The position numbers and the translations under genes were made by a program. A DNA stretch of 64,000 nt. It comes from Nitrosopumilus sp. (lineage in GTDB: Archaea; Thermoproteota; Nitrososphaeria; Nitrososphaerales; Nitrosopumilaceae). Location: assembly GCA_963662625.1 (NCBI GenBank), contig OY759726.1, positions 288,001 through 352,000 on the forward strand, written 5' to 3'. This document shows, piece after piece, positions 9,352-18,809 of the stretch (position 1 is its first letter; every line of letters starts with the position of its first letter). The notes below the pieces were generated by a model that was not told the origin of the DNA, ran no database searches, and saw only the letters and a list, made by a program, of their open reading frames with translations.

Positions 9352-10688
9352 CAGTAGATCGAAATGTACCCCTGTGGGGCGTTGGCCAGCATGTATTGAC
9401 CTGGCACTGGAACGTTTTGGACAGAAAAACCAATGGATCAGGCGCCCCTGTCATCCGTCATGTACAACCAAAACGAACCGCAGGGGCACCGACTCAGGGT
9501 GGCCGGCAAGGCGTTTAAAATGTTGCCCGGGCTGCTGGAGAGGGCGGGCATCGGGTTCTCGGGCCGGCACAACGCCGTGTACGGCATGGCCGACTTCGTG
9601 CGCGTTCTGGTGTCCATGTGCAGGGACCGCGCGTGCGCGTCTGGCGCCACCGGGACGCTCGCCGTGCGCCACGGGCCCCGCCGCGTGCCGTCGTCGGCGT
9701 GGGTGCTCTCCAGGATACGGGGGGCGTGCCCCGAACCGGACGCCATGCGGGAGCGGTGCGCCGGCGCCCTCGCATCCACCGTGCGGGATGCCGGGCGGTC
9801 GAGGATCCTCAGGCGGATCCGCTGCGTCGTGGCCCTGGACTACCACCTGATACCCAGGTACGACAGGGATCCCGCGACCAGGGAGGAGCAGCTGGTGCGC
9901 GCGAGGCACAGGTCCGGGACGTCGCGCTTCGAGGGGTACGCCACCGCCCAGATGGTGGACGGGCCGGGGCTGAACCTGGCGTGCAGGCCCAAGGGGGGGA
10001 GCACGGGGGCCGGAATCGTGCGCGAGCTGCTGCGTGACTGCGCTGGCGTGGGCGTCCGCCCCAGGCTGGTCCTGCTGGACCGGGGATTCTTCTCGGCAGG
10101 GGTCGTCGGGGAGCTGTCCGGGTCGGGCCACAGGTTCATCATGCCCGCGTCGCGGACTGCCGGGATAAAGAGGGCCGTGGGGGAGCACGCCCGCGGGGAG
10201 AGGGCCGCGGTGTCCCCGCACGCCCTGACGCCCCAGGACAGGAAGGCCAGCGAGCCGTTCACCCTGGTGATAGTCCCGAAGAAGGAGGGCGAGGACGGGT
10301 GGGACTCGGGGGACGCGCAGGAGAGGTACCTGGCGTACGCCACCAACGCGGACGCCGGCAGGGCGGTGCGCGCCGCCGACGTCCCTGACGAGTACCGGAA
10401 GAGGTGGGGGATAGAGACCGGGTACAGGGACGCCGAGAAGGCCAGGCCCAGGACCACCAGCCCGGACGCCTCGGTCAGGACGTTCCTGTTCTTCATGGCG
10501 CTGGTGATGTACAACCTGTGGATGATGTCGGTGGAATGGTCCGCCGGGTGGTACGGGAGCCGCGACACCGCCTCGATCCGGCTGGCGGTCATGCTGGAGT
10601 GCATGGTGGGGATGGCTGCGGGCGGGACGGATGGCTGCCGGGCGTGGCCCAACCAGTCGTCTGGCGGCTAGTACATTTCGATCTACTG
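9352..10688 (+). mobile_element. ISH3-family IS, copy 2
   Basis: Same TIRs and the same protein as copy 1; flanks are GGGCC (left) and GGCCC (right). Confidence 0.93.
9433..10671 (+). CDS. ISH3-family DDE transposase
   Basis: Translation identical to 443-1681. Confidence 0.9.
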   Translation: MDQAPLSSVMYNQNEPQGHRLRVAGKAFKMLPGLLERAGIGFSGRHNAVYGMADFVRVLVSMCRDRACASGATGTLAVRHGPRRVPSSAWVLSRIRGACPEPDAMRERCAGALASTVRDAGRSRILRRIRCVVALDYHLIPRYDRDPATREEQLVRARHRSGTSRFEGYATAQMVDGPGLNLACRPKGGSTGAGIVRELLRDCAGVGVRPRLVLLDRGFFSAGVVGELSGSGHRFIMPASRTAGIKRAVGEHARGERAAVSPHALTPQDRKASEPFTLVIVPKKEGEDGWDSGDAQERYLAYATNADAGRAVRAADVPDEYRKRWGIETGYRDAEKARPRTTSPDASVRTFLFFMALVMYNLWMMSVEWSAGWYGSRDTASIRLAVMLECMVGMAAGGTDGCRAWPNQSSGG

Positions 10689-10705
10689 GGCCCGGCATGG
10701 AAAAG

Positions 10706-11002
10706 TCAGGACTGGTTCCACGAGGGGTATCCGCCCTCCAGGGTCACCGCGTCAAAGCCCTCCTTGTCAAGCTCGTCTGCCGCAATGTTCCCCCTGTAAC
10801 CGGTGCCGCAGTAGGTGCAGATCTTCCTGCCCCTCAGATCCTCGATCTGCTTCTTCTTCGCGTTCCTGATGGCCAGCCCAAGCGGCATGTGCACGGAACC
10901 GCCGATATTCCCGCCCTCCAACTCGTCGGCCTCTCTGACGTCGATCACGACAAACTCGTCACGCCTTGCCTTGAGATCTCCTGGTGTGATTTTTTCTGCC
11001 AT
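10706..11002 (-). CDS. Rhodanese-like domain protein
   Basis: VIDVREADE...G.IGGS.HMPL, YCGTGYRG and LEGGY..W motifs. Confidence 0.9.
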   Translation of the reverse strand: MAEKITPGDLKARRDEFVVIDVREADELEGGNIGGSVHMPLGLAIRNAKKKQIEDLRGRKICTYCGTGYRGNIAADELDKEGFDAVTLEGGYPSWNQS

Positions 11003-11040
11003 GCACTTGGTGCGGGCGCATCCAATTTAACTCAGCTGGA

Positions 11041-11745
11041 TCACCCAAAGCTTGCCGAGCCGAGCCCCTCGCGCATGGTGCGCGACGACTCCATGTTGTA
11101 GTCGTAGATTATCCCGGAGTACTCCTCCAGCTCCTCGCTCATGTCCCGGACGTCGTCTGCCAGGTAAAACCCGGGGCAGTCGCCCGTCAACTGGTACGAC
11201 GCGTGGACGCGGGCAGTGCCCCCCTCGTTTTCGAGCCACGTCAAAAACGGGTAGAGGTAGCACACCCCGGGCCTGCCAGGATGCATGCTGCACCCGCCCT
11301 TCTCGTCTAGGAACCTGCAGGAGACGTGCGTCCCGTCGTCTGCCTCGGTCTCGCCCTCCCTTCTCTTGAGGTTGATCGTGGTCATCGTGGCCACGCGCCC
11401 GTCGGGGGACGCCTCCTGCCACGTGGCCGTGACGGTCTCGTTTCTCACAAAGTCTGACGTCTTTTGGTATTTCATGCCCTTTCCTATGGTGATCAGGTCG
11501 TCCGACGTCAGGGGCAGCCTGCCCTGCCTGTCGCAGCAGTTGTGGCAGTCGGGCCAGTAGCACTTCCACAACACGTATTTTTTCAGCTCCGTCAGGTACG
11601 GCACGTGGAACACCACGCTGCCCACCCTGAGCGCGCGGTCGCGTACCGCGGAAATCCTGCCGAGCACAAAGTCCTGCAACACGGGATCAACGTCCCAGTC
11701 CTTTTTGAGCAGATCGAGCGATTCCTGGATTTCTCTTTGTGACAA
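11041..11745 (-). CDS. YkgJ-family CxxCxxCC cysteine-cluster protein
   Basis: CYWPDCHNCC, CRFL...GCSMH..RP.VCYLYPF and CPG motifs. Confidence 0.85.
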   Translation of the reverse strand: MSQREIQESLDLLKKDWDVDPVLQDFVLGRISAVRDRALRVGSVVFHVPYLTELKKYVLWKCYWPDCHNCCDRQGRLPLTSDDLITIGKGMKYQKTSDFVRNETVTATWQEASPDGRVATMTTINLKRREGETEADDGTHVSCRFLDEKGGCSMHPGRPGVCYLYPFLTWLENEGGTARVHASYQLTGDCPGFYLADDVRDMSEELEEYSGIIYDYNMESSRTMREGLGSASFG

Positions 11746-11780
11746 CTATTAAGTTATACCCTCAGCGCGTGATGTTATTA

Positions 11781-12101
11781 ATGTTGAGCGGGAAGGGCAA
11801 GTACGCATCGGCCACTGAAAACAGGAGGCTCGTCTGGGCCCAAATAGTATGGCCGCTGATCCTGGAGTTGGGCGACGTGGCCTTTTCGCTAAAGCAGTAC
11901 CAGGCAAAGCGCGACCAGGCGTGCCGCGCAAACAAGGTTGGCGTCCAGGCGGCCTCGCGCGGGCTGGCGTCGCTGATCCAGAAGGGGATCCTGCTCAAGG
12001 AAGGCGGGTCATACTCCATCCACTACAGGCTGATACCGTACATGAGGCTGGGGGCTGCCTGTGACTATGCCACCGCGATCCACGAGGCCAGAATGAAATG
12101 A
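11781..12101 (+). CDS. Hypothetical protein, possibly winged-HTH
   Basis: Compact ORF; ASRGLASLIQKGILLKEG..YSI resembles a wHTH wing. Confidence 0.7.
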   Translation: MLSGKGKYASATENRRLVWAQIVWPLILELGDVAFSLKQYQAKRDQACRANKVGVQAASRGLASLIQKGILLKEGGSYSIHYRLIPYMRLGAACDYATAIHEARMK

Positions 12102-12133
12102 TTATATTCCAAGACAACGTGACTATCCTTGGT

Positions 12134-12239
12134 AGCCCGATAGTCTAGCGGTCAAATAATAATTTTAGATTAGGGATTCCGCGCTCTGGATCTTAGGAGT
12201 GGATACGCGGTGACGGCAGTTCGAATCTGCCTCGGGCTA
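12134..12239 (+). tRNA. tRNA-Gln(CTG) with two introns (D-loop about 12156-12173; anticodon loop 12190-12204)
   Basis: Acceptor stem AGCCCGA/TCGGGCT-A (A1:U72), anticodon stem CCGCG/CGCGG around CT-CTG-G, T-arm GGCAG-TTCGAAT-CTGCC. The cloverleaf closes only after both inserts are removed. Confidence 0.88.
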
Positions 12240-12395
12240 CTTATCACCACTTTTGGCGGCGCGATGCCTCGCAGAAACCCCGCGGGCGCGCGGTCCGGCG
12301 TCCCCGGCGCGGAGCCGGCGCCCGAGACTCGGGGCCCAGCGCCCCCGCCGCGCCCCCCGTACCGGGCCCGCCTTCCGGGCGGGCTGCGGGCGGGC

Positions 12396-12956
12396 CTAGG
12401 ATGGGCGACTCTCCGGCAACCTGTCGAGGATCTGCTTTAGCATCCTCGCTGACGCCCCCCAGATCAGGTGCTCTCCGAAGGTGAACGTGTACGACTCCTG
12501 GATGGCGTTGTGCTCCGGGTCTGGATCGTCCCGAAGCGTCCCAAGCAGGGGCAGGGCTGGCATGTGCAGGACCTGCTCCACCTCGCGGTTGCACGTCAGC
12601 TCCGGCAGAAACTCCAGCACGCCCACAAAGGGAATTATGGTAAAGTTGGAGTTCAGCGTGGTCACAGGCTTTAGCTGGCCGATGACCCTGGCCCGGGGGA
12701 CGTCCAGGCCGATCTCCTCCACCGTCTCCCGCAGGGCGGTGCAAAGCAGGTCGGCATCCCGCCCTTCCGCCTTTCCCCCCGGGAACGCGATCTCGCCCGC
12801 GTGTATCTTCAGATGGGACGCCTTTTTTGTCATCAGGATCTTCGGGGGGCTGCCGTAAACTATGATCAGGACCGACGAGAGCCTCGACGTGCCAGCCCCC
12901 GAGACGCCAAGATCGAGCTCCGACTTGAGGGCAGCCTCAAAGTCGCCCAAATCCAT
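12396..12956 (-). CDS. NUDIX hydrolase, CoA pyrophosphatase-like
   Basis: HAGEIAFPGGK...TALRETVEEIGL and IWGASA motifs. Confidence 0.9.
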   Translation of the reverse strand: MDLGDFEAALKSELDLGVSGAGTSRLSSVLIIVYGSPPKILMTKKASHLKIHAGEIAFPGGKAEGRDADLLCTALRETVEEIGLDVPRARVIGQLKPVTTLNSNFTIIPFVGVLEFLPELTCNREVEQVLHMPALPLLGTLRDDPDPEHNAIQESYTFTFGEHLIWGASARMLKQILDRLPESRPS

Positions 12957-13031
12957 GACACCCGATTCCCCGCCATTCCATATTGGTCTTGCCATTCAAA
13001 GGTTTTAATCATGACCCCGAAAAATCACAAC

Positions 13032-13790
13032 ATGGCAGTCAGGTACGAGGCAAACCCGCCCAAGATCGTCCCGGGCATGGACATGGAGGCCGCCGTCTCG
13101 GAATTTGTCGAGAAAATCAGGCTGATCTCCGCAAGCTGTGACGCGGTACACCTGACCGAAGACGTCCTGGGCTTTAAGAGGATGTCCCCGATCAGGGTCG
13201 GCAGGGTGATAAGGGACGAGATCCCCTCCATGCCGATCACGGCAAGCATGAGGGTCAGGGACAAGACGGAGCGCCAGATACAGGGGTTCGTCGAGGAGTG
13301 CATCGGAGCCGGGTTCTCCGGGATCCTGATCCTCATGGGGGATCCCCCCCAAGACGGCAGGCCGGACTCTGGCGAGGTACCGAGCAGGGTCGTGAAGGAT
13401 CTCCGCAGCCAGGGAATTGACTCGAAGATCGACCTGTACCTGTCGGTGCCAAGTGACCCAGATTTCTCAAAGCTCGGCAAGAAGGTGGACGCGAACCCGA
13501 GGGGGTTCGTCACCCAGGTGATCCAGTCGCCGGGTCAGGTCCAAAACCTGCGTGACAACCTGCCGGGGTTTGCGGTGATACCGATCATCCTGTTCCCGTC
13601 GCGGAAGAACTCCAAGTCCGCAAAATTCCTGGACATCGACCTTGCCATGTACGAAAAAAACTTTGCGCAGTTTGCAAGCGACGCGCACGCCATAACCGGG
13701 GACGTCCTGTTCACGTCACCGAACGATTTCCATGGCCTGGAGGGGTTCCTGCGGGATAGCGCGGGCACGGTGGCCGGCAAAGGCCCCTGA
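13032..13790 (+). CDS. Methylenetetrahydrofolate reductase-like protein
   Basis: YEANPPK, GILILMGDPP and GFVTQ motifs. Confidence 0.75.
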   Translation: MAVRYEANPPKIVPGMDMEAAVSEFVEKIRLISASCDAVHLTEDVLGFKRMSPIRVGRVIRDEIPSMPITASMRVRDKTERQIQGFVEECIGAGFSGILILMGDPPQDGRPDSGEVPSRVVKDLRSQGIDSKIDLYLSVPSDPDFSKLGKKVDANPRGFVTQVIQSPGQVQNLRDNLPGFAVIPIILFPSRKNSKSAKFLDIDLAMYEKNFAQFASDAHAITGDVLFTSPNDFHGLEGFLRDSAGTVAGKGP

Positions 13791-14090
13791 GGAGTCCGCG
13801 ACTGCCCGTCACAGCCACGGCATCCGCGGGCGGCCCCCGGCGCCGCGCAGGCCTCCCGCCATCTCGGCCGTTTCCTGAGCGCCTGCGATCAGTGCCTTGG
13901 GTTACTTTCCCGGCGCGCCTGCAGTCAAAATGGCTGGCGGATCCGGATGGTGCCATGGTGACGCTGCCGCCTCCCTGGGTGGCCATGCAGTTTGCGAGGG
14001 AACTCGCTGCACGGGACCGCATCGGGGCGGCATCAAATGTTCCAGAACATCGCCCCGCTACCGCGCGATAGAGCCGGGCCACAGCACATG

Positions 14091-14100
14091 ATTTAAAAAA
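14091..14100 (+). promoter_or_regulatory. TATA box of rpl39e-rpl31e
   Basis: ATTTAAAAAA about 25-30 bp upstream of ATG 14123, in GC-rich surroundings. Confidence 0.55.
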
Positions 14101-14122
14101 GGCTTCCCGTGTCCGAAGAACC

Positions 14123-14281
14123 ATGGCCGCGCGCAAGTCGTCTCCTAGGAAAATCCGCCTGTTAAAAAAGACCAAGCAGACGTCGCCGGTGCCGGCCTGG
14201 GTTATTCTAAGAACAAACAGGCACGTTAGAACCAACCCGAAACGCAGGGCTTGGAGATCGGCCGACTCGGAGGTGGGGTAG
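14123..14281 (+). CDS. rpl39e: 50S ribosomal protein L39e (missing from the ORF track)
   Basis: MAARKSSPRKIRLLKKTKQTSPVPAWVILRTNRHVRTNPKRRAWRSADSEVG; abuts rpl31e. Confidence 0.92.
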   Translation: MAARKSSPRKIRLLKKTKQTSPVPAWVILRTNRHVRTNPKRRAWRSADSEVG

Positions 14282-15010
14282 ATGTCCCAAGACTCCGAAC
14301 GGGTTTATACCATAAACCTTGGCAAAGTGCTGCTGTCCCAAAGCCAACATAGGGCGGTCCGAGCGGTCAACATGATCAAGGAATTCGCCCGCCATCACAT
14401 GAAGGCCGAGGAAATCAAGATTGAAGAGGAACTGGCCCACCAGATATGGGCAAGAGGCGTGCGCCGCCCCCCAAGAAAGATCCGGGTCTTGATGAACAAA
14501 ACCGATGAGGGCTATGTCTTGGTTTCGCCATACAATGACGAATTTGACACTAGTGCTGCTCCGGACCAGGAAGGACCCAAGACTGACGGGGCCACCGCAC
14601 CGGCAGCAGTAGAGGACGCCGCGGAGCCCAAGGCGGAGGACGCCGCGGAGCCCAAGGCGGAGGACGCCGCGGAGCCCAAGGCGGAGGACGCCGCGGAGCC
14701 CAAGGCGGAGGACGCCGCGGAGCCCAAGGCGGAGGACGCCGCGGAGCCCAAGGCGGAGGACGCCGCGGAGCCCAAGGCGGAGGACGCCGCGGAGCCCAAG
14801 GCGGAGGACGCCGCGGAGCCCAAGGCGGAGGACGCCGCGGAGCCCAAGGCGGAGGACGCCGCGGAGCCCAAGGCGGAGGACGCCGCGGAGCCCAAGGCGG
14901 AGGACGCCGCGGAGCCCAAGGCGGAGGACGCCGCGGAGCCCAAGGCGGAGGACGCCGCGGAGCCCAAGGCGGAGGACGCCGCGGAGCCGGCTAAAGAATC
15001 AAAAGGCTAG
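14282..15010 (+). CDS. rpl31e: 50S ribosomal protein L31e with long acidic repeat tail
   Basis: ERVYTINL, RAVRAVNMIKEFARHHM and IWARG.RRPPRKIRV motifs. Confidence 0.92.
   Translation: MSQDSERVYTINLGKVLLSQSQHRAVRAVNMIKEFARHHMKAEEIKIEEELAHQIWARGVRRPPRKIRVLMNKTDEGYVLVSPYNDEFDTSAAPDQEGPKTDGATAPAAVEDAAEPKAEDAAEPKAEDAAEPKAEDAAEPKAEDAAEPKAEDAAEPKAEDAAEPKAEDAAEPKAEDAAEPKAEDAAEPKAEDAAEPKAEDAAEPKAEDAAEPKAEDAAEPKAEDAAEPKAEDAAEPAKESKG
14612..14988 (+). repeat. Perfect 24-bp tandem repeat, 15 full copies plus a partial (EDAAEPKA)
   Basis: Unit gaggacgccgcggagcccaaggcg. Confidence 0.97.
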
Positions 15011-15029
15011 GTTTTGTAAACCAGAGGGC

Positions 15030-15980
15030 TCACTCTAGCTGGTACAGGTCCAGCTTGCAGTCGATGCTGATTTCTGGCTCGGCCCAGTCCAAGGTGTTTT
15101 CTTGCGGTATCGAGCCAAGAGGATCATAGCCGTCGAATTTTGTCATGCCCTGCACCGTGGAGAGCATCACGACGTGCGGCTTTTCCGAGGACGTGGACTC
15201 GAGGCTCACCTGCGAGTCCCCTTCCCCTAAAACCCCGACGGTGATGCTGGCGATTGTGTTTAGGATCCCGGTCGGAATGTCGTCTCCTCCCGCGATGTAC
15301 AGGATCGAGCGTTTGACGGAGCCCGGGGGGGCGTCGTCATACAGCATCTTTATGGAGTCCCTGAGGGACTCCTCGACGTCCGCATTCCCGGTGCCGGTAG
15401 TGAGGATGCCAGTCTCCGGATCCATGTCGGACGCCTGCAGCGAGCCCGCCACGTGCAATATTGCCCTGTTCGCGATGTCAAAGCAGGAGCTGGGGCTCAG
15501 GCTCGGGTTGCTTTCCAGGAGGGCGTCGTTGTCCAGGACTATGGTGCACCCGGAGTTTTCCCTCAGGCGCTTCAGCGCTATGCCGGAATTGAAGATTCTG
15601 TCCTTCTCGTACCCGAATGGCATGATCGCAAACGACACCGTCTCTTTTCCTGCCTCCCTGCAGATCTCAGAGACGGCCGGTGCCAGAGCCGCGCCCGCCC
15701 TGCCGGCAAGGCTTGCCATGAGGACGACCGTGGAATAACCCGCGATCCCGGCTCTTATCTCGTCACGCGACCCGTAAGACGAGCCCCTGATCAGCCGGAC
15801 TGACGGGTTTACCACCGGGGCGGTGGACACCTCGATTGAGTTGCCCGCCCGCAGGTCCCTCCTGTCGTTGCTAACCACGAGCACGTCGGCGCCAAGCCGG
15901 TCTCCTGCCTGGGCTGCCAGCCTTGACCCGGCGCCGCCCAGGCCCACAACTAAGATCGGTTCTTTTACCTGAAAACCCAT
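15030..15980 (-). CDS. ftsZ: Divergent thaumarchaeal FtsZ/tubulin-like protein
   Basis: VVGLGGAGSRLA, IMPFGYE and IVLDNDALL motifs; the GGGTG signature is degenerate (LAGRAG). Confidence 0.8.
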   Translation of the reverse strand: MGFQVKEPILVVGLGGAGSRLAAQAGDRLGADVLVVSNDRRDLRAGNSIEVSTAPVVNPSVRLIRGSSYGSRDEIRAGIAGYSTVVLMASLAGRAGAALAPAVSEICREAGKETVSFAIMPFGYEKDRIFNSGIALKRLRENSGCTIVLDNDALLESNPSLSPSSCFDIANRAILHVAGSLQASDMDPETGILTTGTGNADVEESLRDSIKMLYDDAPPGSVKRSILYIAGGDDIPTGILNTIASITVGVLGEGDSQVSLESTSSEKPHVVMLSTVQGMTKFDGYDPLGSIPQENTLDWAEPEISIDCKLDLYQLE

Positions 15981-16053
15981 TTTAGTACATATTATATCAT
16001 TTGGATAAAAAACCTTCTTACGTAGTTTTAATCAAATCCCCGATCTAAAAAAT

Positions 16054-17322
16054 TTAGCTTGCGATCTGCCCGATCAGGCAGTTGGGGGTAACCCGATCGA
16101 TCCGGACGGTGCGGGTCTGGCCTATCCCGGCGCGGCCCCCGGCGAACACGGGCTTGTATGCGAAATTCCTCCCCTTCAGGCCGCCGTCCGTCCTTTCGCT
16201 GAACAGGACCTCTCCCTCCCATCCGATCCACCTGCGGTTGTTCTCAAGCGAGACCCGGTTGACCAGGTCGAACACTGCCTTGGCCCTCCTCTTGGTCTCC
16301 GCGGCGCCCACCTGCTCCATCCCTGCGGCCTCGGTCCCCGGCCTCGCGCTGTACTTCGAGAGGTTGACCACGTCGGGCCTGACGTCCTCGATCAGGCCTA
16401 GCGTCCTCTCAAAGTCCTCGGCGGTCTCCGAGGGAAAACCCACTATGATGTCGGTGGATACCGTAAAGTCCCCGAACCTCCGCCTTGCACTCCCGACCGT
16501 CTCCCGGAACGTTCCCGCCGTGTGGCCCCTCTTCATGTCGTGCAGGACCCTGTCACTCCCGCTCTGCACTGGGACGTGGAGGAACTTGTAGACCTTGCGG
16601 CTGTCGTACGCCTCAAGCAGCCTCTCCCTCATCCTCGGCATGTACATGGGGTTCATCATGCCCACCCTGATCCTAAAGTCACGCGGGATCCCGGACACGG
16701 CGCTTACCAGTTCCGGGAGGTCGGATCCGATGTCCAGCCCGTAGCACCCGTTGTCCGTGGACGTGAGCCAGACCTCCTTGCAGCCGTCGTCGACCTCCGC
16801 GCTCACCTGCCTTACGATGTCGCCCACCCTGTAGCTGCGGAGGCCACCCTTTGCGAGCTTCGTCTGGCAGAAGGTGCACTCGCTCAGGCAACCGCTGGCG
16901 ATCTCAACGATCCCGACTGCCGGGTTCAGCCTGACCTTCGGCAGGCCAGTCTTCGTGGCGTCGGTGTCCTCCAGCGCCGTGGCCTTGACGCCGCCCAGCG
17001 CGGAGTCTACCACCTGCAGCGTCTTGCCCAGCGAGTTGGGCCCCATCATGCTGGCGTTCCCGGCAAACTTTTCCACCGTGCCGCGCTCTGCCTTTGGAAG
17101 GCAGCCCGCCACGACGAGGGGCCTCGACCTTAGCGATTTTATCCTGTGAATCATCCTGTTCGCAGTAGCGTCCTTCACCGAACACGTGACGATCACGTTC
17201 AAGTCGGACTCCGAGGGGCTGTCCACGAGGGTATGCCCCCCGTTGGAGATCAGCCCCGAGATCATCTCAGAGTCCGCAAAGCTTGCAGAGCACCCGTAGG
17301 CCTCCACGAAGATCCTTGCCAT
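16054..17322 (-). CDS. tRNA methylthiotransferase (MiaB/MtaB-like radical SAM with TRAM domain)
   Basis: YGCSAS..DSE, GCLSECTFC, HVPVQSGSDRVL and TDIIVGFP motifs. Confidence 0.92.
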   Translation of the reverse strand: MARIFVEAYGCSASFADSEMISGLISNGGHTLVDSPSESDLNVIVTCSVKDATANRMIHRIKSLRSRPLVVAGCLPKAERGTVEKFAGNASMMGPNSLGKTLQVVDSALGGVKATALEDTDATKTGLPKVRLNPAVGIVEIASGCLSECTFCQTKLAKGGLRSYRVGDIVRQVSAEVDDGCKEVWLTSTDNGCYGLDIGSDLPELVSAVSGIPRDFRIRVGMMNPMYMPRMRERLLEAYDSRKVYKFLHVPVQSGSDRVLHDMKRGHTAGTFRETVGSARRRFGDFTVSTDIIVGFPSETAEDFERTLGLIEDVRPDVVNLSKYSARPGTEAAGMEQVGAAETKRRAKAVFDLVNRVSLENNRRWIGWEGEVLFSERTDGGLKGRNFAYKPVFAGGRAGIGQTRTVRIDRVTPNCLIGQIAS

Positions 17323-17325
17323 GCC

Positions 17326-18687
17326 CTACCCGAACAGGGAGTCGATCTCCCCGTCGGTCATGATCCCCTTTGAAACTGCCAGCTCGCGGATGGTCTTGCC
17401 GGTCTTTAGCGACTCCTTGAACAGCTGCGCCGACTTCAGGTACCCTATCCTCGGGGCGAGCAGCGTGACGATCACGGGGCTGTTCTCGATGTCCCCGCGC
17501 AGCCTCTCCCTGTTCGCGGTGAGCCCGTCGATCAGGTTGGCCGAGAACACCGGCAGGAAGTTTTTGATCATGTCGGTCGACTCTAGCATGCACTTTAGCA
17601 TGCCGGGCAGCATCACGTTGAGCTCGAACTGCCCCGCCTGCGCGCCATGGGCCACCGCCACGTCGTTCCCGATTATGTTAAAGCATATCATGTTCATGCA
17701 CTCGGCCAGGGACGGGTTTACCTTGCCTGGCATGATCGACGAGCCCGCGTGCACCGCCGGAATGCCGAGTTCGGCGAGCCCGGCAACGGGGCCCGACGCC
17801 ATCAGCCTGATGTCGTTTGCCAGCTTGTTCACCTCGAGTGCCAGGTTCCTCAGCGCCCCCGACAGGCTCGCGACTGCGAACCTGCTCTGCAGCGCGTGCT
17901 GCATGTCCCGCTCCGGCCTCAGCGGAAGCCCGGAGATCCTCGCAAGCTCGGACACGGCGGCCCTCCTGTAGCCCCTGGGGGCGTTTGCGCCCGAGCCCAC
18001 GGCCGTCCCACCGAGCGCGACGCCATGCAGCCCTTTTTGCGCCGCCGCTATCTCGCGCCGCGCCTTGTCGACCGCCGTGGCGTATGCGGCAAACTCGCCC
18101 CCTAGGGTCACCGGGAGCGCGTCCATGAGGTGGGTCCTGCCGATCTTTTTGAACGCGGAAAACTCCCTCGCCTTCCTCCTCAGCGAGCCTGCCAGCGCGT
18201 CGACTGCAGGGACAGCGTCCTTGAGGTTCATCAGGATCGCTACGTGCATGGCGGTTGGGTACGTGTCGTTGCTTGACTGCGACATGTTCACGTGATCATT
18301 GGGGTGCAGGTGCTGGTACTGGCCCTTCTTCTTGCGCAGCACCTCCAGCGCGACGTTGGCGATCACCTCGTTTGCGTTCATGTTGAACGCGGTCCCCGCG
18401 CCAGAGTTTATCATGTCCACCACGAACTGCTCCGTGTGCCTTCCGGACAGAATCCTATCGCATGCGGTGACTATGGCCCTCCCGCGCCTCGCGTCAATCG
18501 CCCCGGCCTTCATGTTGGCGACTGCCGCCGAGCGCTTTATCATGACGAAGGCATTGATCAGGTTCGCGTGCGCCCTGCTGCCCGTGACGCGGTACTGCTC
18601 GATCGCCCTTCCCGTGAACGCCCCGTAGTACGCGTCGGCTGGGATCCTAACCTTCCCCAACGAGTCCTCGTCGAGCCTGTGCTTCAT
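17326..18687 (-). CDS. fumC: Class II fumarate hydratase / aspartate ammonia-lyase
   Basis: HPNDHVNMSQSSND, KIGRTHLMDA and GSSIMPGKVNP motifs. Confidence 0.88.
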   Translation of the reverse strand: MKHRLDEDSLGKVRIPADAYYGAFTGRAIEQYRVTGSRAHANLINAFVMIKRSAAVANMKAGAIDARRGRAIVTACDRILSGRHTEQFVVDMINSGAGTAFNMNANEVIANVALEVLRKKKGQYQHLHPNDHVNMSQSSNDTYPTAMHVAILMNLKDAVPAVDALAGSLRRKAREFSAFKKIGRTHLMDALPVTLGGEFAAYATAVDKARREIAAAQKGLHGVALGGTAVGSGANAPRGYRRAAVSELARISGLPLRPERDMQHALQSRFAVASLSGALRNLALEVNKLANDIRLMASGPVAGLAELGIPAVHAGSSIMPGKVNPSLAECMNMICFNIIGNDVAVAHGAQAGQFELNVMLPGMLKCMLESTDMIKNFLPVFSANLIDGLTANRERLRGDIENSPVIVTLLAPRIGYLKSAQLFKESLKTGKTIRELAVSKGIMTDGEIDSLFG

Positions 18688-18779
18688 GCCGCTTTAGCAA
18701 GGCGCGCCACCACTATTCATTCTTTTTTTTTCGGCGGCCGGCCGCCGGGGATCCGCGCCCGCTGAACCCGAATACAACA

Positions 18780-18789
18780 ATATATAAAT
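18780..18789 (+). promoter_or_regulatory. TATA box of nirK (probably leaderless mRNA)
   Basis: ATATATAAAT 21-30 bp upstream of ATG 18810. Confidence 0.6.
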
Positions 18790-18809
18790 CGCCAAGTGTA
18801 AGCTAAGGA

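Noticed and set aside
14612-14988. Tandem arrays (also 21765-22019 and 60868-60938) as CRISPR
   Set aside because: Head-to-tail units without spacers, with lengths in multiples of three inside coding frames.
15030-15980. Novel tubulin-like system
   Set aside because: Consistent with the known divergent thaumarchaeal FtsZ homologue, in a housekeeping context.
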